A stretch of 64,000 bases of DNA, from the NCBI GenBank assembly GCA_963707025.1, contig CAVPOM010000010.1, positions 160,001 to 224,000 of the forward strand. Reading direction: 5' to 3'. The stretch is from an uncultured Verrucomicrobiae bacterium (GTDB lineage Bacteria > Verrucomicrobiota > Verrucomicrobiia > Limisphaerales > Palsa-1400). The notes under the pieces were generated by a model. That model ran no database searches, was not told the DNA's origin, and saw only the letters and a program-made list of their open reading frames with translations. The position numbers and the translations under genes are program-made. This document shows positions 18,775-30,308 of the stretch, one piece after another. Position 1 is the stretch's first letter. Each line of letters begins with the position of its first letter.

Positions 18775-19564
18775 CCCCATGGACACCTCCCGCGTCAGCA
18801 CCCTGGTCATTCGCACGCCCGAAGGCATTGCTTTTTCCCTGCCCCTGGCCTGCCCGGTCACCCGCAGCGTGGCTTGGATCGTTGATTTTGCCTGCATTGC
18901 CGCGGTGAGCTACCTGGTTGGCGCTGGCTTGGGGGTTGTCAGGCTCATCAGCTTTGACATCGGCACTTCGCTGGCTGTCGTGGCTTATTTTGCCACCCAA
19001 ATCGGCTATGGAATTATTTGCGAGTGGTTCTGGCGCGGCCAGACCGTGGGCAAGCGCCTCTTGCGCCTGCGCGTCGTGGATGCCCGCGGCTTGCACTTGC
19101 AATTCAGCCAGGTCGTTTTGCGCAACCTCCTCCGTTTTCTTGACATCCTCCCCGTCTGCTATTTGGTGGGCGGGGTGACTGCCCTGCTCAATTCGCGCGC
19201 CCAGCGTTTGGGCGATCTCGTGGCCAACACCATCGTCGTGCGCAACCCAAAAACGCCGGAGCCGGACCTGGATCAACTCCTCTCCGGCAAGTTCAATTCC
19301 TTGCGCGAGTATCCCCATCTGGAGGCCCGCCTGCGCCAGCGCGTTTCCCCCGCCGAAGCCCGGCTCGCCCTCCAGTCCCTGCTGCGGCGCGACCAGCTCG
19401 ATTTGCAGGCCCGCCTGGAGTTGTTCGAGGAATTGGCCGCCCATTTCCGCTCGCTGGTCCTCTTTCCGCCCGAGGCCTGCGAAGGCATCACCGCCGAACA
19501 ATACGTCCGCAACGTCGTGGACGTCCTCTTCCGCCCCCGCGTCCCGCGCAGCTCCGAATCTTAA
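18764..19564 (+). CDS. RDD family protein
   Basis: IRTPEGI, R..AWIVD, GQTVGKRLLRLRVV, RNLLRFLD, QRLGDLVANTIVV. Confidence 0.93.
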   Translation: MPADPMDTSRVSTLVIRTPEGIAFSLPLACPVTRSVAWIVDFACIAAVSYLVGAGLGVVRLISFDIGTSLAVVAYFATQIGYGIICEWFWRGQTVGKRLLRLRVVDARGLHLQFSQVVLRNLLRFLDILPVCYLVGGVTALLNSRAQRLGDLVANTIVVRNPKTPEPDLDQLLSGKFNSLREYPHLEARLRQRVSPAEARLALQSLLRRDQLDLQARLELFEELAAHFRSLVLFPPEACEGITAEQYVRNVVDVLFRPRVPRSSES

Positions 19565-19610
19565 TCCTGTTCCTAATCTTAATCTTAATCTTAATCCTAA
19601 TCCTAATCCC
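19562..19610. repeat. Hexamer tandem repeat (TAATCY)n at a convergent junction
   Basis: TAATCT x3 then TAATCC x3, just after the RDD stop. Confidence 0.85.
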
Positions 19611-19626
19611 GCCTTCCGCTTCCTTT

Positions 19627-20454
19627 TCAGTTCCCTGCCTGCACCTTGGCCGCAATCATCCCGGCCACCAGCAAGGCAATCAGTCCAAAATACATCCCGC
19701 ACATCAGCCAGCGCTGCTCCGGCGTCACCTCAAAATAACGCGCTTCCTCCGCCGATTTCCCGCGGAACAGGGAAAAGAGCCGGGGCAGCGACATAATGAG
19801 AATGAGGAACAACAAGAAATTGAAATTCACGAACATGAGCAAGCCGACGACGACCACGCCCACCAGCCACAGCCACGGGGAAAGCGCCGTGACAATGCGC
19901 CCTCCATCCAAAAAGCCAAGCGGGGCCAAATTGAATAGATTCAACCAAAAACCGGTGTAGGCCAGAGCGCCCATCAAGCGATATCCGGTCGCCAGGTAGA
20001 TGACAAAACAAACCGCCGCTCCCGCCGCACCCAGCAGCGGACCGCCGATGCCGACTTGCGCTTCAATCCAGGCATTGCGCGGAGCCTCCTTGAGCAGGAT
20101 GATCGCGCCGATGAACGGGATGAACATCGGCGCCCCGACTTTCAACCCCAGCTTCCTCGCCACCAGCAGATGCCCGCATTCATGCACAAAAAGCAACAGC
20201 ACAAATCCAAGCGCAAACCGCCAGCCCCAGAGCATGGCGTAAGCCCAGGTGGACAAAATCATCGTCCCGCCCGTCTTCAAGATCAGCGGGAAGAATTTGA
20301 GGACCGGAATCAGCACCGCCTTGAATTTGGCCAGGATGGCTCCCAGCACCGCCAGCGGCCCCGCCGCCTTTTTCCAGCCCCGCCCGCCCCGGGTGTTGGG
20401 CGGCGGCGGAGGAGGAGGATTCGCGGGGTAGGGCGTTATTTGGTCTGCTTCCAC
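19627..20454 (-). CDS. Site-2 protease family (M50) membrane metalloprotease
   Basis: HECGH zinc motif, GGP, NLFNLAPLGFLDGGRI. Confidence 0.93.
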   Translation of the reverse strand: MEADQITPYPANPPPPPPPNTRGGRGWKKAAGPLAVLGAILAKFKAVLIPVLKFFPLILKTGGTMILSTWAYAMLWGWRFALGFVLLLFVHECGHLLVARKLGLKVGAPMFIPFIGAIILLKEAPRNAWIEAQVGIGGPLLGAAGAAVCFVIYLATGYRLMGALAYTGFWLNLFNLAPLGFLDGGRIVTALSPWLWLVGVVVVGLLMFVNFNFLLFLILIMSLPRLFSLFRGKSAEEARYFEVTPEQRWLMCGMYFGLIALLVAGMIAAKVQAGN

Positions 20455-20463
20455 ACGCGGATG

Positions 20464-20664
20464 TCATTTACCTTCAGGCTTGCGATTCCGCGCCCTGGCT
20501 TGCATTTTCTCTGCCCATTCATCTGCCTCGGCAAAACTCTTAAAACGCCAGACGCCTTTGGGGATGTATAACCGGCCCTGCTCGCTCGCGGCGTAGGCAT
20601 TTTGCACCGCGGCAAACGTGAGGATATTCGACTCGGTTTTGCCTTGGCGGCCCGCCACTTTCAT
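20464..20664 (-). CDS. Small hypothetical protein (PKGVWRFKSFAEADEW type)
   Basis: 66-74 aa ORF filling the mutY-S2P gap on the same strand. Start at 20664 or 20688. Confidence 0.6.
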   Translation of the reverse strand: MKVAGRQGKTESNILTFAAVQNAYAASEQGRLYIPKGVWRFKSFAEADEWAEKMQARARNRKPEGK

Positions 20665-20703
20665 CGGCTTTCGTTTGTCTTCTTGCACGGCTGCAACTTA
20701 AGT

Positions 20704-21864
20704 TCAAACCGCCTCTTTTTCGAGTTTTATTTCCTCTTGCAGCGCGGCCAAAACCTTCCGGTGCGCGCTGGTCATCGCCAGCCGCTCCAACTGCGCCGCC
20801 GTCCGCCACACCCCTGGCGCGCCGCCTTTGCCCGCCCGCTCCGGCCATTCCGCCCGCCAGGCCTCCAGCAGAATCCGGAACCGCGTGATCGAATGCCGCA
20901 CCCGGCAAACCGGCTCCTTTTCCGTCAGCACAAACGGCCCCGCCGCCGCCGCCGGATTTTTTTCCTCCGGCGCGATTTCCACATTGGGAAACTCCCACAA
21001 CTGCGCGTTGACCCCGCCTGCCTGCCGCTGCCGGGCCAGCAGGCGCCCATTCTTCTTGACAATAAACGCCAAAAACCGCCGCCGCTCCGCCCGCGCCGGC
21101 GCTTTCGCCGTGGGGAATTCCCCCACCCGGTCCTCCCGCCGCGCCCAACACCAGCGGCGCAGCGGGCAGACCGCGCAGCGCGGCTCCCGCGGCGCGCACA
21201 CCAGCGCCCCCAACTCCATCAACGCCTCGTTCAACCGCCCGCAATTGCCGCGCTTGGCTTTGCCGCCTTCCGCCATCCCCTTCCTTCCCTTGGTTTCCTT
21301 CTGTTCAAAGTTTCGTCCGGCCGGCTTTCCCCAACCTGCAATCTGCAATCCGCGATCCGCAATCAGAACCAGCTCTTCCGCCAGCCCCCACAACCGCTCC
21401 TTGGCCTCCTTCCCCCGCGGATCGCCCCCCACCCCAAACACCCGGCTCAATACCCGCGTCACATTGCCGTCCAACACAGCCGTCGCCTGGTTATAGGCGA
21501 TGCTGCAAACCGCCCCCGCCGTATAGCGGCCCACTCCCGGCAGGGCCAGCGCCTCGGCCAAGGTTCGCGGAAATTCCCCGCCATGCCGGGCCACCATCAC
21601 CCGCGCCGCCGCCTGCGCGTGGCGCACCCGCGCATAATAACCCAGCCCTTCCCATAACTTATGGACTTGCCCCGGCTGGGCGCGGGCGAAGGCGCGCGCA
21701 TCCGGCAGCGCCCGCATCCACCGTTCCCAGTACGCCGTCACCGTTTTCACCTGCGTCTGTTGCAGCATGATTTCCGCCATCCAAATCGCGTAAGGATCGC
21801 GGGTCCGCCGCCAGGGCAGATCCCGCGCGTTTTCCCCAAACCACTCCAGCAGCCCCCGCACCAT
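20704..21864 (-). CDS. mutY: A/G-specific adenine glycosylase MutY, with an in-frame low-complexity insertion
   Basis: RDLPWR, EIMLQQTQV, WEGLGYY, LPGVGRYTAGA HhH, LDGNV, C-x6-C-x2-C-x5-C Fe-S motif, LWEFP NUDIX-like C-terminus. Confidence 0.95.
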   Translation of the reverse strand: MVRGLLEWFGENARDLPWRRTRDPYAIWMAEIMLQQTQVKTVTAYWERWMRALPDARAFARAQPGQVHKLWEGLGYYARVRHAQAAARVMVARHGGEFPRTLAEALALPGVGRYTAGAVCSIAYNQATAVLDGNVTRVLSRVFGVGGDPRGKEAKERLWGLAEELVLIADRGLQIAGWGKPAGRNFEQKETKGRKGMAEGGKAKRGNCGRLNEALMELGALVCAPREPRCAVCPLRRWCWARREDRVGEFPTAKAPARAERRRFLAFIVKKNGRLLARQRQAGGVNAQLWEFPNVEIAPEEKNPAAAAGPFVLTEKEPVCRVRHSITRFRILLEAWRAEWPERAGKGGAPGVWRTAAQLERLAMTSAHRKVLAALQEEIKLEKEAV

Positions 21865-21964
21865 CTTGACTTTATTTTTGTTTGTTTTCAGCGTTCCCTT
21901 TTCTGTTCAAGCCTGATAATGAACACGGAAAAATTGTCCCGCAAGACGGGACTGAAAACCAGCC

Positions 21965-22942
21965 GTGAACCCCATCACCAGCCACACCTGCAAGCTGACC
22001 GACTCCCAGGCCGGCGCCCTGCAAAATTATTTGCGCGACCACGGCTACGCCTTCCGCGAAGTCCCCTACGCCCGTTTCGCCGCCGAAAAGGAAAAAACCA
22101 ACCTCGTCTTCTACCAAAGCGGCAAGCTCGTCGTCCAGGGCAAGGGCACCCAGGATTTTGTCGAATTTGTTCTCGAACCGCTGATTTTGCAGGAAGTCAA
22201 GCTCGGCTACGAAACCATTTTGCACCCGGAGTTGCTCGCCCCCCGCATCGGCGTGGACGAAAGCGGCAAGGGCGATTTTTTCGGCCCGCTCTGCGTCGCC
22301 GGGGTTTACATCAATGAATCCGTCGTTGCCGCGTGGAAAGGCGCCGGCATCCGCGATTCCAAAACCATCTCCAGCGACCGGCGCATTGCGGAGCTGGCCA
22401 AATTAATTCGCGACACCCCCGGCTGCGTCCACAGCGTCGTGCCCATTGGCGACGAAGCCTACAACCGGCTTTACCTCAAGATGCGCAGCGTCAACTCCCT
22501 GCTGGCCTGGGGCCACGCCCGCGTCATTGAAAACCTCATGGGCCAGTCCCACCGCATGAATCCCCTGCCCGTCCGCGCCATCAGCGATCAATTCGCCCAC
22601 GACAAAGCCACCGTGGCCGGCGCCCTCATGAAAATGGGCCGCAGCATCGAACTGGTCCAGCGCCACAAAGCCGAAGAAGACCTGGCCGTGGCCGCCGCCT
22701 CCATTCTGGCCCGCAACGAATTCGTCACCCGCCTGGCCGCCTTGGGCAAACGCTTCGACATCACCTTTCCCAAAGGCGCCTCCGCCGCCGTGGACGCCGC
22801 CGCCAAAGAATTCGTTGTCAAATACGGCGCCGGCAAACTCAGCGAAGTCGCCAAAACCCATTTCCGCACCGCCCTGCGCGCCCAGGGCCTCCCCGAGCCG
22901 CCAAAAAAAGAGTGGCAACCCCGCCGCCCAAAAAGTCCCTAA
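21965..22942 (+). CDS. rnhC: Ribonuclease HIII
   Basis: N-terminal TBP-like domain (FYQSGKLVVQGK), IGVDESGKGDFFGPL, GIRDSK, DQF, AVAAASILAR. Confidence 0.95.
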   Translation: MNPITSHTCKLTDSQAGALQNYLRDHGYAFREVPYARFAAEKEKTNLVFYQSGKLVVQGKGTQDFVEFVLEPLILQEVKLGYETILHPELLAPRIGVDESGKGDFFGPLCVAGVYINESVVAAWKGAGIRDSKTISSDRRIAELAKLIRDTPGCVHSVVPIGDEAYNRLYLKMRSVNSLLAWGHARVIENLMGQSHRMNPLPVRAISDQFAHDKATVAGALMKMGRSIELVQRHKAEEDLAVAAASILARNEFVTRLAALGKRFDITFPKGASAAVDAAAKEFVVKYGAGKLSEVAKTHFRTALRAQGLPEPPKKEWQPRRPKSP

Positions 22943-22975
22943 TCTTAATCTTAATCCTAATCTTAATCCTAATCC
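22940..22975. repeat. Hexamer tandem repeat (TAATCY)6 at a convergent junction
   Basis: Begins at the rnhC TAA stop. Confidence 0.85.
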
Positions 22976-23047
22976 CCTCCGTTCCAACCCTCCTCCCGCG
23001 CCCTTGCCGCCGAAGGACAACCCATGACCAACCCAAATGATCCATTC

Positions 23048-25195
23048 TCAAGGCGCTCTCTTCAGTCCTTCGCTCCGCACGGTCCACTGGCCGTTGTCCG
23101 GGAAACCGGGGGCCGGCTTGTCCGGCGCCCCGTCCCAGCCGCCCGCCATCATGGCCGCGGCGTAGAGCAGGCCGCCGTTGCCCGGCAAATAAACCGCCAG
23201 GCCCGGCCGCTGATAGTTGTGCCCGTTGAGGGCATAATGATTTTTCGGTGTGTCAAGCAAAAGCGCGTCCACCGCCCTTTCCGGTTCGCCCAGCCGCGCG
23301 GCGCACATGGCCAGCATCGGGCAATCCCAGCCCCAGGTCTCCGGCCAGTTCCAGTTCTCCCAGATCCAGTCCAGCGTCCGGCGCATCGTGGCCCGGTCCA
23401 CGCCCGGTCCCGGCAGCATGCCCAGCGCCGCCGTCACGGCGGGATGGTCCCGCGCCCATTTCTTTTCCGCATAAGTTCCGGTGGCCGTCTCGGTAAAAAG
23501 ATATTTGTCCTGCTCCACCGCGGGCGCGGCCAGCTTTTGCAGCACGGCCTCCCACTTGGCTTCCGGGGCCAGGCCCAGCCTCTGCCGCCAGCGTTGCGCG
23601 GTTTCCAGGCCCCAGCGCCAGTAGGTCAATTCGAAAGTGGGGTTGAGCGTGTGTTCCTTCGGAAAAATCTCCTGCGCGCTCTGCAGGACCGGCCCCAGCA
23701 CATAGCGTTTTCCGCTCTCCTCCCAGGCCGGGTAGGAGGCCATGAACTCGGCCGTCTGCAGCACCACGTCTTTGAATTCCTCCAGCGTCGCCCGGTCGCC
23801 GCGGGCGCGGTAACACAACTCCGCGAAAAAAATGGGATGCGGCTGCTGCCAGATCAGAAACGGGCCGACGGGAGAAGGCGAATCCCATCCGGCCGGGTCC
23901 GTCATCTTCGGCCAGCGCGCGCCGGCATAACCCTGGCGCCGCGCCGTCTCCTGGGCGCGCGGCAGGATGGTTTGATAGTAGCCGAGACTTTTTTCCAGCA
24001 AGGGCAGCCGGTCCCAAAGCGCGAAGTGCGCCGCGTGCCACCAGTGCATTTCCAGGTGGAACTTCCCCTCCCAACTGTTGCAAGTCAACCCGGTTTCCTG
24101 CGGCGGATAAATGCCGGCGCATTGAATGGCCGTCAAGTACTGCGACAAGACGATGCGCCGCTCCAATTCCTGCCAGCGCGGGTCTTTGCTCAACGACAGG
24201 TCAATCGCGCCGCCGCTGCTCCAGAATTGGCTCCAATGAGCCGCCGCCGCCGCCTCGGTTTGCCCAAAGTCCGGCCAGGGGCCGGGCGTCGCTTTGGGCG
24301 CGAACCCGCACTCCAATTCCATCGCCTCCGCGTCCGGCGCCGCCGTCAGGATGAAGCGGTGCGGCCCCGCCTGCGCCAGTTTGCCGCCGGCGCTCCAGCG
24401 CGCCGAGACATGGTAGGCGTCCTGGTCCAGGGTGCGCGCGAACTCCGCGCTCTCCGGCGTTGTCAATTGCAAAATGGTTTGGTGCGCGCCGGGCTGGCTC
24501 CAGTCCGCCGCGGTGGTCGCGCCCGTCCCGTATGGAAAATGCACCTCGATGCGCGCGCGGCCATCCTTGAGCAGCGGCGACACCACCCGCACCGCCAGCA
24601 AGTCGCGCTCGGGATGACACAGGGTCAGCACCTCCACCGGCTGCCCCTCGAATCGAAAGCGGCTGCGCAAAAGGCCGGTCCACAGGTCCAGCGTTTGCTC
24701 GATCTGCGCCAGGTCATTGCTCCGCGCCGCCCGGCCGTCCGCCTTGGTCAGGAGCAAGCCGATGCGCCCCAGATGCAGGCGGTGGGGATTGTCCCGCAGC
24801 CATTTGATTTCCGGCGTCTGGCGGTTGCCGGGCACATCATCGTAAGGGACTTTGCGGCCAAAAACCTCAAACTCCGTGAAATGAAATTTATCCAGGCTCC
24901 AGCCCGCCGGATTAGGGAAGGAATGCCAGCCCCATTGCGCCAGCGTGCCCAGCGGAATGGTGTTGGTGAACGCCTCCGCGAAGGTCTGCAATCCGGTGAC
25001 ATCCGCCGTGAAGGCAAAATTGCCATTGCCCACCGAGAGCGGATTGTCCGCGTCAAAGCGATGCAGCACCGGATTATGCCGCGCCACCAGGGCGTGCCGG
25101 TCAATGGGCGGCCCGGCCGGATCGGCCAGACCGATGAAACCGCCCGCCGCCAGCCAGCAGGCCAGGGCCGGAAGAAGCGGGGCACGGGCTTTCAT
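23048..25195 (-). CDS. Secreted six-hairpin glycoside hydrolase (GH65/GH95-like)
   Basis: Signal peptide, IDRHALVARHNP, LSVGNGNFAFTADVTGLQTF, PPQETGL..NSW.GKFHLEM, YLPGNGGLL. Exact family uncertain. Confidence 0.8.
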   Translation of the reverse strand: MKARAPLLPALACWLAAGGFIGLADPAGPPIDRHALVARHNPVLHRFDADNPLSVGNGNFAFTADVTGLQTFAEAFTNTIPLGTLAQWGWHSFPNPAGWSLDKFHFTEFEVFGRKVPYDDVPGNRQTPEIKWLRDNPHRLHLGRIGLLLTKADGRAARSNDLAQIEQTLDLWTGLLRSRFRFEGQPVEVLTLCHPERDLLAVRVVSPLLKDGRARIEVHFPYGTGATTAADWSQPGAHQTILQLTTPESAEFARTLDQDAYHVSARWSAGGKLAQAGPHRFILTAAPDAEAMELECGFAPKATPGPWPDFGQTEAAAAAHWSQFWSSGGAIDLSLSKDPRWQELERRIVLSQYLTAIQCAGIYPPQETGLTCNSWEGKFHLEMHWWHAAHFALWDRLPLLEKSLGYYQTILPRAQETARRQGYAGARWPKMTDPAGWDSPSPVGPFLIWQQPHPIFFAELCYRARGDRATLEEFKDVVLQTAEFMASYPAWEESGKRYVLGPVLQSAQEIFPKEHTLNPTFELTYWRWGLETAQRWRQRLGLAPEAKWEAVLQKLAAPAVEQDKYLFTETATGTYAEKKWARDHPAVTAALGMLPGPGVDRATMRRTLDWIWENWNWPETWGWDCPMLAMCAARLGEPERAVDALLLDTPKNHYALNGHNYQRPGLAVYLPGNGGLLYAAAMMAGGWDGAPDKPAPGFPDNGQWTVRSEGLKRAP

Positions 25196-25211
25196 GCGGG
25201 CCTTTGTCGTC

Positions 25212-26108
25212 TCACGCGGTGGCCGGCCGGCTTTGGTTTTTCAAAGCGCGCGCGCGGGCCTGGAATTCATCCAGACAGGCCCGGAGCAAACGGTTGGGCT
25301 TGCCCCGCCACAGGGCGCCGACCACCACCGGCAGGAAATCCGCCAGCCAAATCGGACGGGTTTGGGGAGGGAAGTTCATTTGCGGAATAGCCACCCAAAG
25401 GCCCAGGCCGAAACCGCCGGCCACATAGGTGGCGATCAAATCCACCGCGCTGGTTTCAATCCCCGGAATCCAGTCCACTCCCATTTTGGCCAGTCCTTGT
25501 TGAAAATGGCGCGACACCAGTTCGTCGGGCGGCAGGCAAATGAGGGTCTCGGTGATTTTGTCCTGCCGCCAAAGCTGGTCCGCCTCCGTGATTTTGCTCT
25601 CCTTGGGCGCGAGCAAGACCAGCGGCAGTTCCAGCAAGGCCAGCGACTGGATGCCCGGCCCGGACTTGGCTTCCAGCAGCGTGATGGCCAGGTCAATTTC
25701 CCCCTTGCGCAACAGGTGTTCCAACACCGGTTGCGGTCCTTCGCGCAAGCCCAGTTTGAGGCCGGGGAATTTTTGGCGCAGACTCTGCAAGATCTGCGGG
25801 AAATAATCGCGCAGCACAATGACCGGACCGCCCAGGCGCAGACGCGGCACCGGGCCGCCCTGCAATTCGGCCTCGATGGTTTCCAGATTGGCGAAAAAGG
25901 GCCGGATAAAGTCAAACAGTTTTTGGCCCGGCGGGCTGAGGGCAAAGGGACGGCGCTGAAAAAGAGTGACGCCCAGGTGTTCTTCCAATTGGGCGATCTG
26001 GCTGCTCACCGCCGGCTGCTGGATGCCGTAGGGCATGTGGCGCACCGCCTCGGCAATCCCGCCGTGCCGGCCCACGAAATAGAACAACTCCAGATGATGG
26101 ATGTTCAT
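25212..26108 (-). CDS. LysR family transcriptional regulator
   Basis: MNIHHLELF..IQQPAVSSQIAQLEEHLGVTLFQR wHTH plus substrate-binding domain. Divergent from acs. Confidence 0.93.
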   Translation of the reverse strand: MNIHHLELFYFVGRHGGIAEAVRHMPYGIQQPAVSSQIAQLEEHLGVTLFQRRPFALSPPGQKLFDFIRPFFANLETIEAELQGGPVPRLRLGGPVIVLRDYFPQILQSLRQKFPGLKLGLREGPQPVLEHLLRKGEIDLAITLLEAKSGPGIQSLALLELPLVLLAPKESKITEADQLWRQDKITETLICLPPDELVSRHFQQGLAKMGVDWIPGIETSAVDLIATYVAGGFGLGLWVAIPQMNFPPQTRPIWLADFLPVVVGALWRGKPNRLLRACLDEFQARARALKNQSRPATA

Positions 26109-26359
26109 CGCATTATATGATCCGGCCCCCAGTTTCATCATTCACCTTCGCCAGGGCAAGACCGGAAAACGCGCCCCATCCTAAGCCTCATCCAAATCAG
26201 GTCGCCAAACCGCGCATCCGCCCCCGGAGCTCGCTGACCAATTCTTCGCGTTCGGCGTCCAATGCGAAGGACGCCTGCGCCCAACAACATTTCTTGCGAG
26301 AACTCGCGAGAATTCGCGGGCCAAAACCAACCCCGAATTTCATCCCGGCGATTCCGGCA

Positions 26360-26387
26360 TTGACGCCCGCCGGACGGCCCGTAAAAT
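26360..26387 (+). promoter_or_regulatory. Putative sigma70 promoter of acs
   Basis: TTGACG-16bp-TAAAAT, ending 24 bp upstream of the ATG. Confidence 0.5.
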
Positions 26388-26411
26388 CAGCCAAATTTAA
26401 CCCAACGCGCC

Positions 26412-28424
<2,013 letters not shown>

Positions 28425-28431
28425 GGCGCAG

Positions 28432-29190
28432 TCAAAGCCCCACTTCCGCGGAGTTGTTCTTCAACCAGTCCTCCGCCGCGCGATAATCCGGGCAGACCCT
28501 TTCCACCTCCGCCCAAAAGCGCGCCGAGTGGTTCATATTCCGCAGATGCATCAACTCGTGCAGAATGAGGTAATCTCGCACCGGCTCGGGAACCTGGATC
28601 AATCGCCAATTCAGTGAAATCGTTCCCCGGACGGAGCACGAACCCCAGCGGCTTTTTTGATTGCGCACCATCACCCGGCGCATGGGCGCGCCGTGTTGGC
28701 GGGCCAACTCCTCCGCCCGGACCGTCAGTTCCCTGCGCGCCAGGGCGCGCAAATGCAGCTCCACCGCCGGGCGCAGATTCTCCTGCGGCGCGCCCGCCTG
28801 GACCCGTTGATTGTCAAACCAAATTTCCCGCAGGCCGCCCCGCTCGCGCGCCTCCAGCGCCACCCGCCTCCCGCGCAACAGCGTGGCCATGCCCGGCCGC
28901 AGGACCGGCGGCGGGACGCGCCGCGCCTCCAGAATCCGCCACTGTTTTTCCAGCCAGCCCCGGCGGCTGGCGGCAAACTGCCGGGCAAACTCCAGCGAAC
29001 CCCGGCGCGGCACCGTCACCACCACCGTCTTGTCGGCCCGCAAACGCAGCAGATAATGCCGGGCCCGGGGATGCCGGCGATAGAGGACAGGCACCAGGCG
29101 CGCCTGGATTTCAATCACCCCGGAATCCAGCGGCTTTTCGACGGCAGCAGCCGGGCGGAAGAACTTGCCAAGCTTTTCGACAAACCTCAT
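28432..29190 (-). CDS. YgjP/DUF45 (M48-like) metallopeptidase
   Basis: QKSRWGSCS, ISLNWRL, YLILHELMHL..NHS..FW. ATG 29190 overlaps the upstream stop. Confidence 0.92.
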   Translation of the reverse strand: MRFVEKLGKFFRPAAAVEKPLDSGVIEIQARLVPVLYRRHPRARHYLLRLRADKTVVVTVPRRGSLEFARQFAASRRGWLEKQWRILEARRVPPPVLRPGMATLLRGRRVALEARERGGLREIWFDNQRVQAGAPQENLRPAVELHLRALARRELTVRAEELARQHGAPMRRVMVRNQKSRWGSCSVRGTISLNWRLIQVPEPVRDYLILHELMHLRNMNHSARFWAEVERVCPDYRAAEDWLKNNSAEVGL

Positions 29191-30269
29191 AAAACGGCGG
29201 GGGCGTGTCCACTCGCCGGCGCGCCATTCCCTGCGGTTCCCGGCGCCTCCAGTTCTTCCCGGACCCTGGCATAAACGCTCAGCGCCGTCATGCTGTGCAG
29301 GCAGGCCAGGGGCATGGCATAGTGGCAGTTGGGCTTCATGCACGGGACGCAGGGCAGGCTGTTGATTTGCATGACCTGGTTAAGTTTGCCATAAGGCCCC
29401 GTGTTCCGCGGGTTGGTGGGACCAAACAGGGCGAGCAGCGGCCTGGCCAGCGCCGCCGCGACATGCATCGGCCCGGTGTCGTTGCTGATGACCAGCCGCC
29501 CGCGCCGCACCCATTCAATCATTTCCCACAACGAGGTTTGCCCCGCCAGATTCAAGCAACGTCCCGGATTGGCTTCGGCGATGGCCTGGCCCAAAGCCCG
29601 TTCGCCGCCGCTGCCCAAAATGACGAATTTCCAGGCGCCCATCCCGCGCATCAGCCTGGCCAGCTCCACGAAATTCTCCACCGGCCAGCGTTTGTTGTCC
29701 CAACGCGCCCCCGGCAGGAACACGATCCACGGGCCGGCCGCGGCGTGCCATTTCTCTTCGATGCGCGCGGCGATTTCCGGCCGTTGCGGCAGCCATTCAA
29801 AATTCCAATGCACCGGCACCTTCAGCAAGGGCAGCACCGCCAGATAGCGGTCCACCGCATGGGTGCCGGCGGCGGGGCGCGGCGGGGTCAAATCATAAAA
29901 CGCGCGCGCCCCTTCCCGGGAACCTTCGCCCGTGTTGTCCAGCCCGATGGTCAGCTCCGCATCGGCCAGCCAGGCAAAAATGCCGCTGCGGGCCAGCCCC
30001 TGCAAATCAATCGCCCAGTCAAAGTGCCTGGCCCGCATGTCTTGCACGCTGGCCAGCATCTCCGGCCAGCGGTGCGGCGCGGCCCAGCGCTTGCGGTCGA
30101 AGGCAATCACCCCGGCCAGGTCCGGGTCCTCCTCCAACAAGGATTTTAGACTGCGGTCCAACCACCAATAAATCTGGCTTTGGGGAAGATGGGCTTTGAG
30201 CAGGCGCAGCACGGGCAAGGCGTGGATGACATCGCCCAGGGAACTCGGTTTGAGGATGAGAATTTTCAA
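29187..30269 (-). CDS. Glycosyltransferase family 9 (LPS heptosyltransferase, WaaC/WaaF-like)
   Basis: KILILKPSSLGDVIH, DLQGL, PGARW.NKRWP, SNDTGPMHVAAA, LFGPT. Confidence 0.93.
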   Translation of the reverse strand: MKILILKPSSLGDVIHALPVLRLLKAHLPQSQIYWWLDRSLKSLLEEDPDLAGVIAFDRKRWAAPHRWPEMLASVQDMRARHFDWAIDLQGLARSGIFAWLADAELTIGLDNTGEGSREGARAFYDLTPPRPAAGTHAVDRYLAVLPLLKVPVHWNFEWLPQRPEIAARIEEKWHAAAGPWIVFLPGARWDNKRWPVENFVELARLMRGMGAWKFVILGSGGERALGQAIAEANPGRCLNLAGQTSLWEMIEWVRRGRLVISNDTGPMHVAAALARPLLALFGPTNPRNTGPYGKLNQVMQINSLPCVPCMKPNCHYAMPLACLHSMTALSVYARVREELEAPGTAGNGAPASGHAPAVL

Positions 30270-30308
30270 GGCGGGGAAACCCTTCCAGCTTCGGCCCCGG
30301 CGCGGGAA

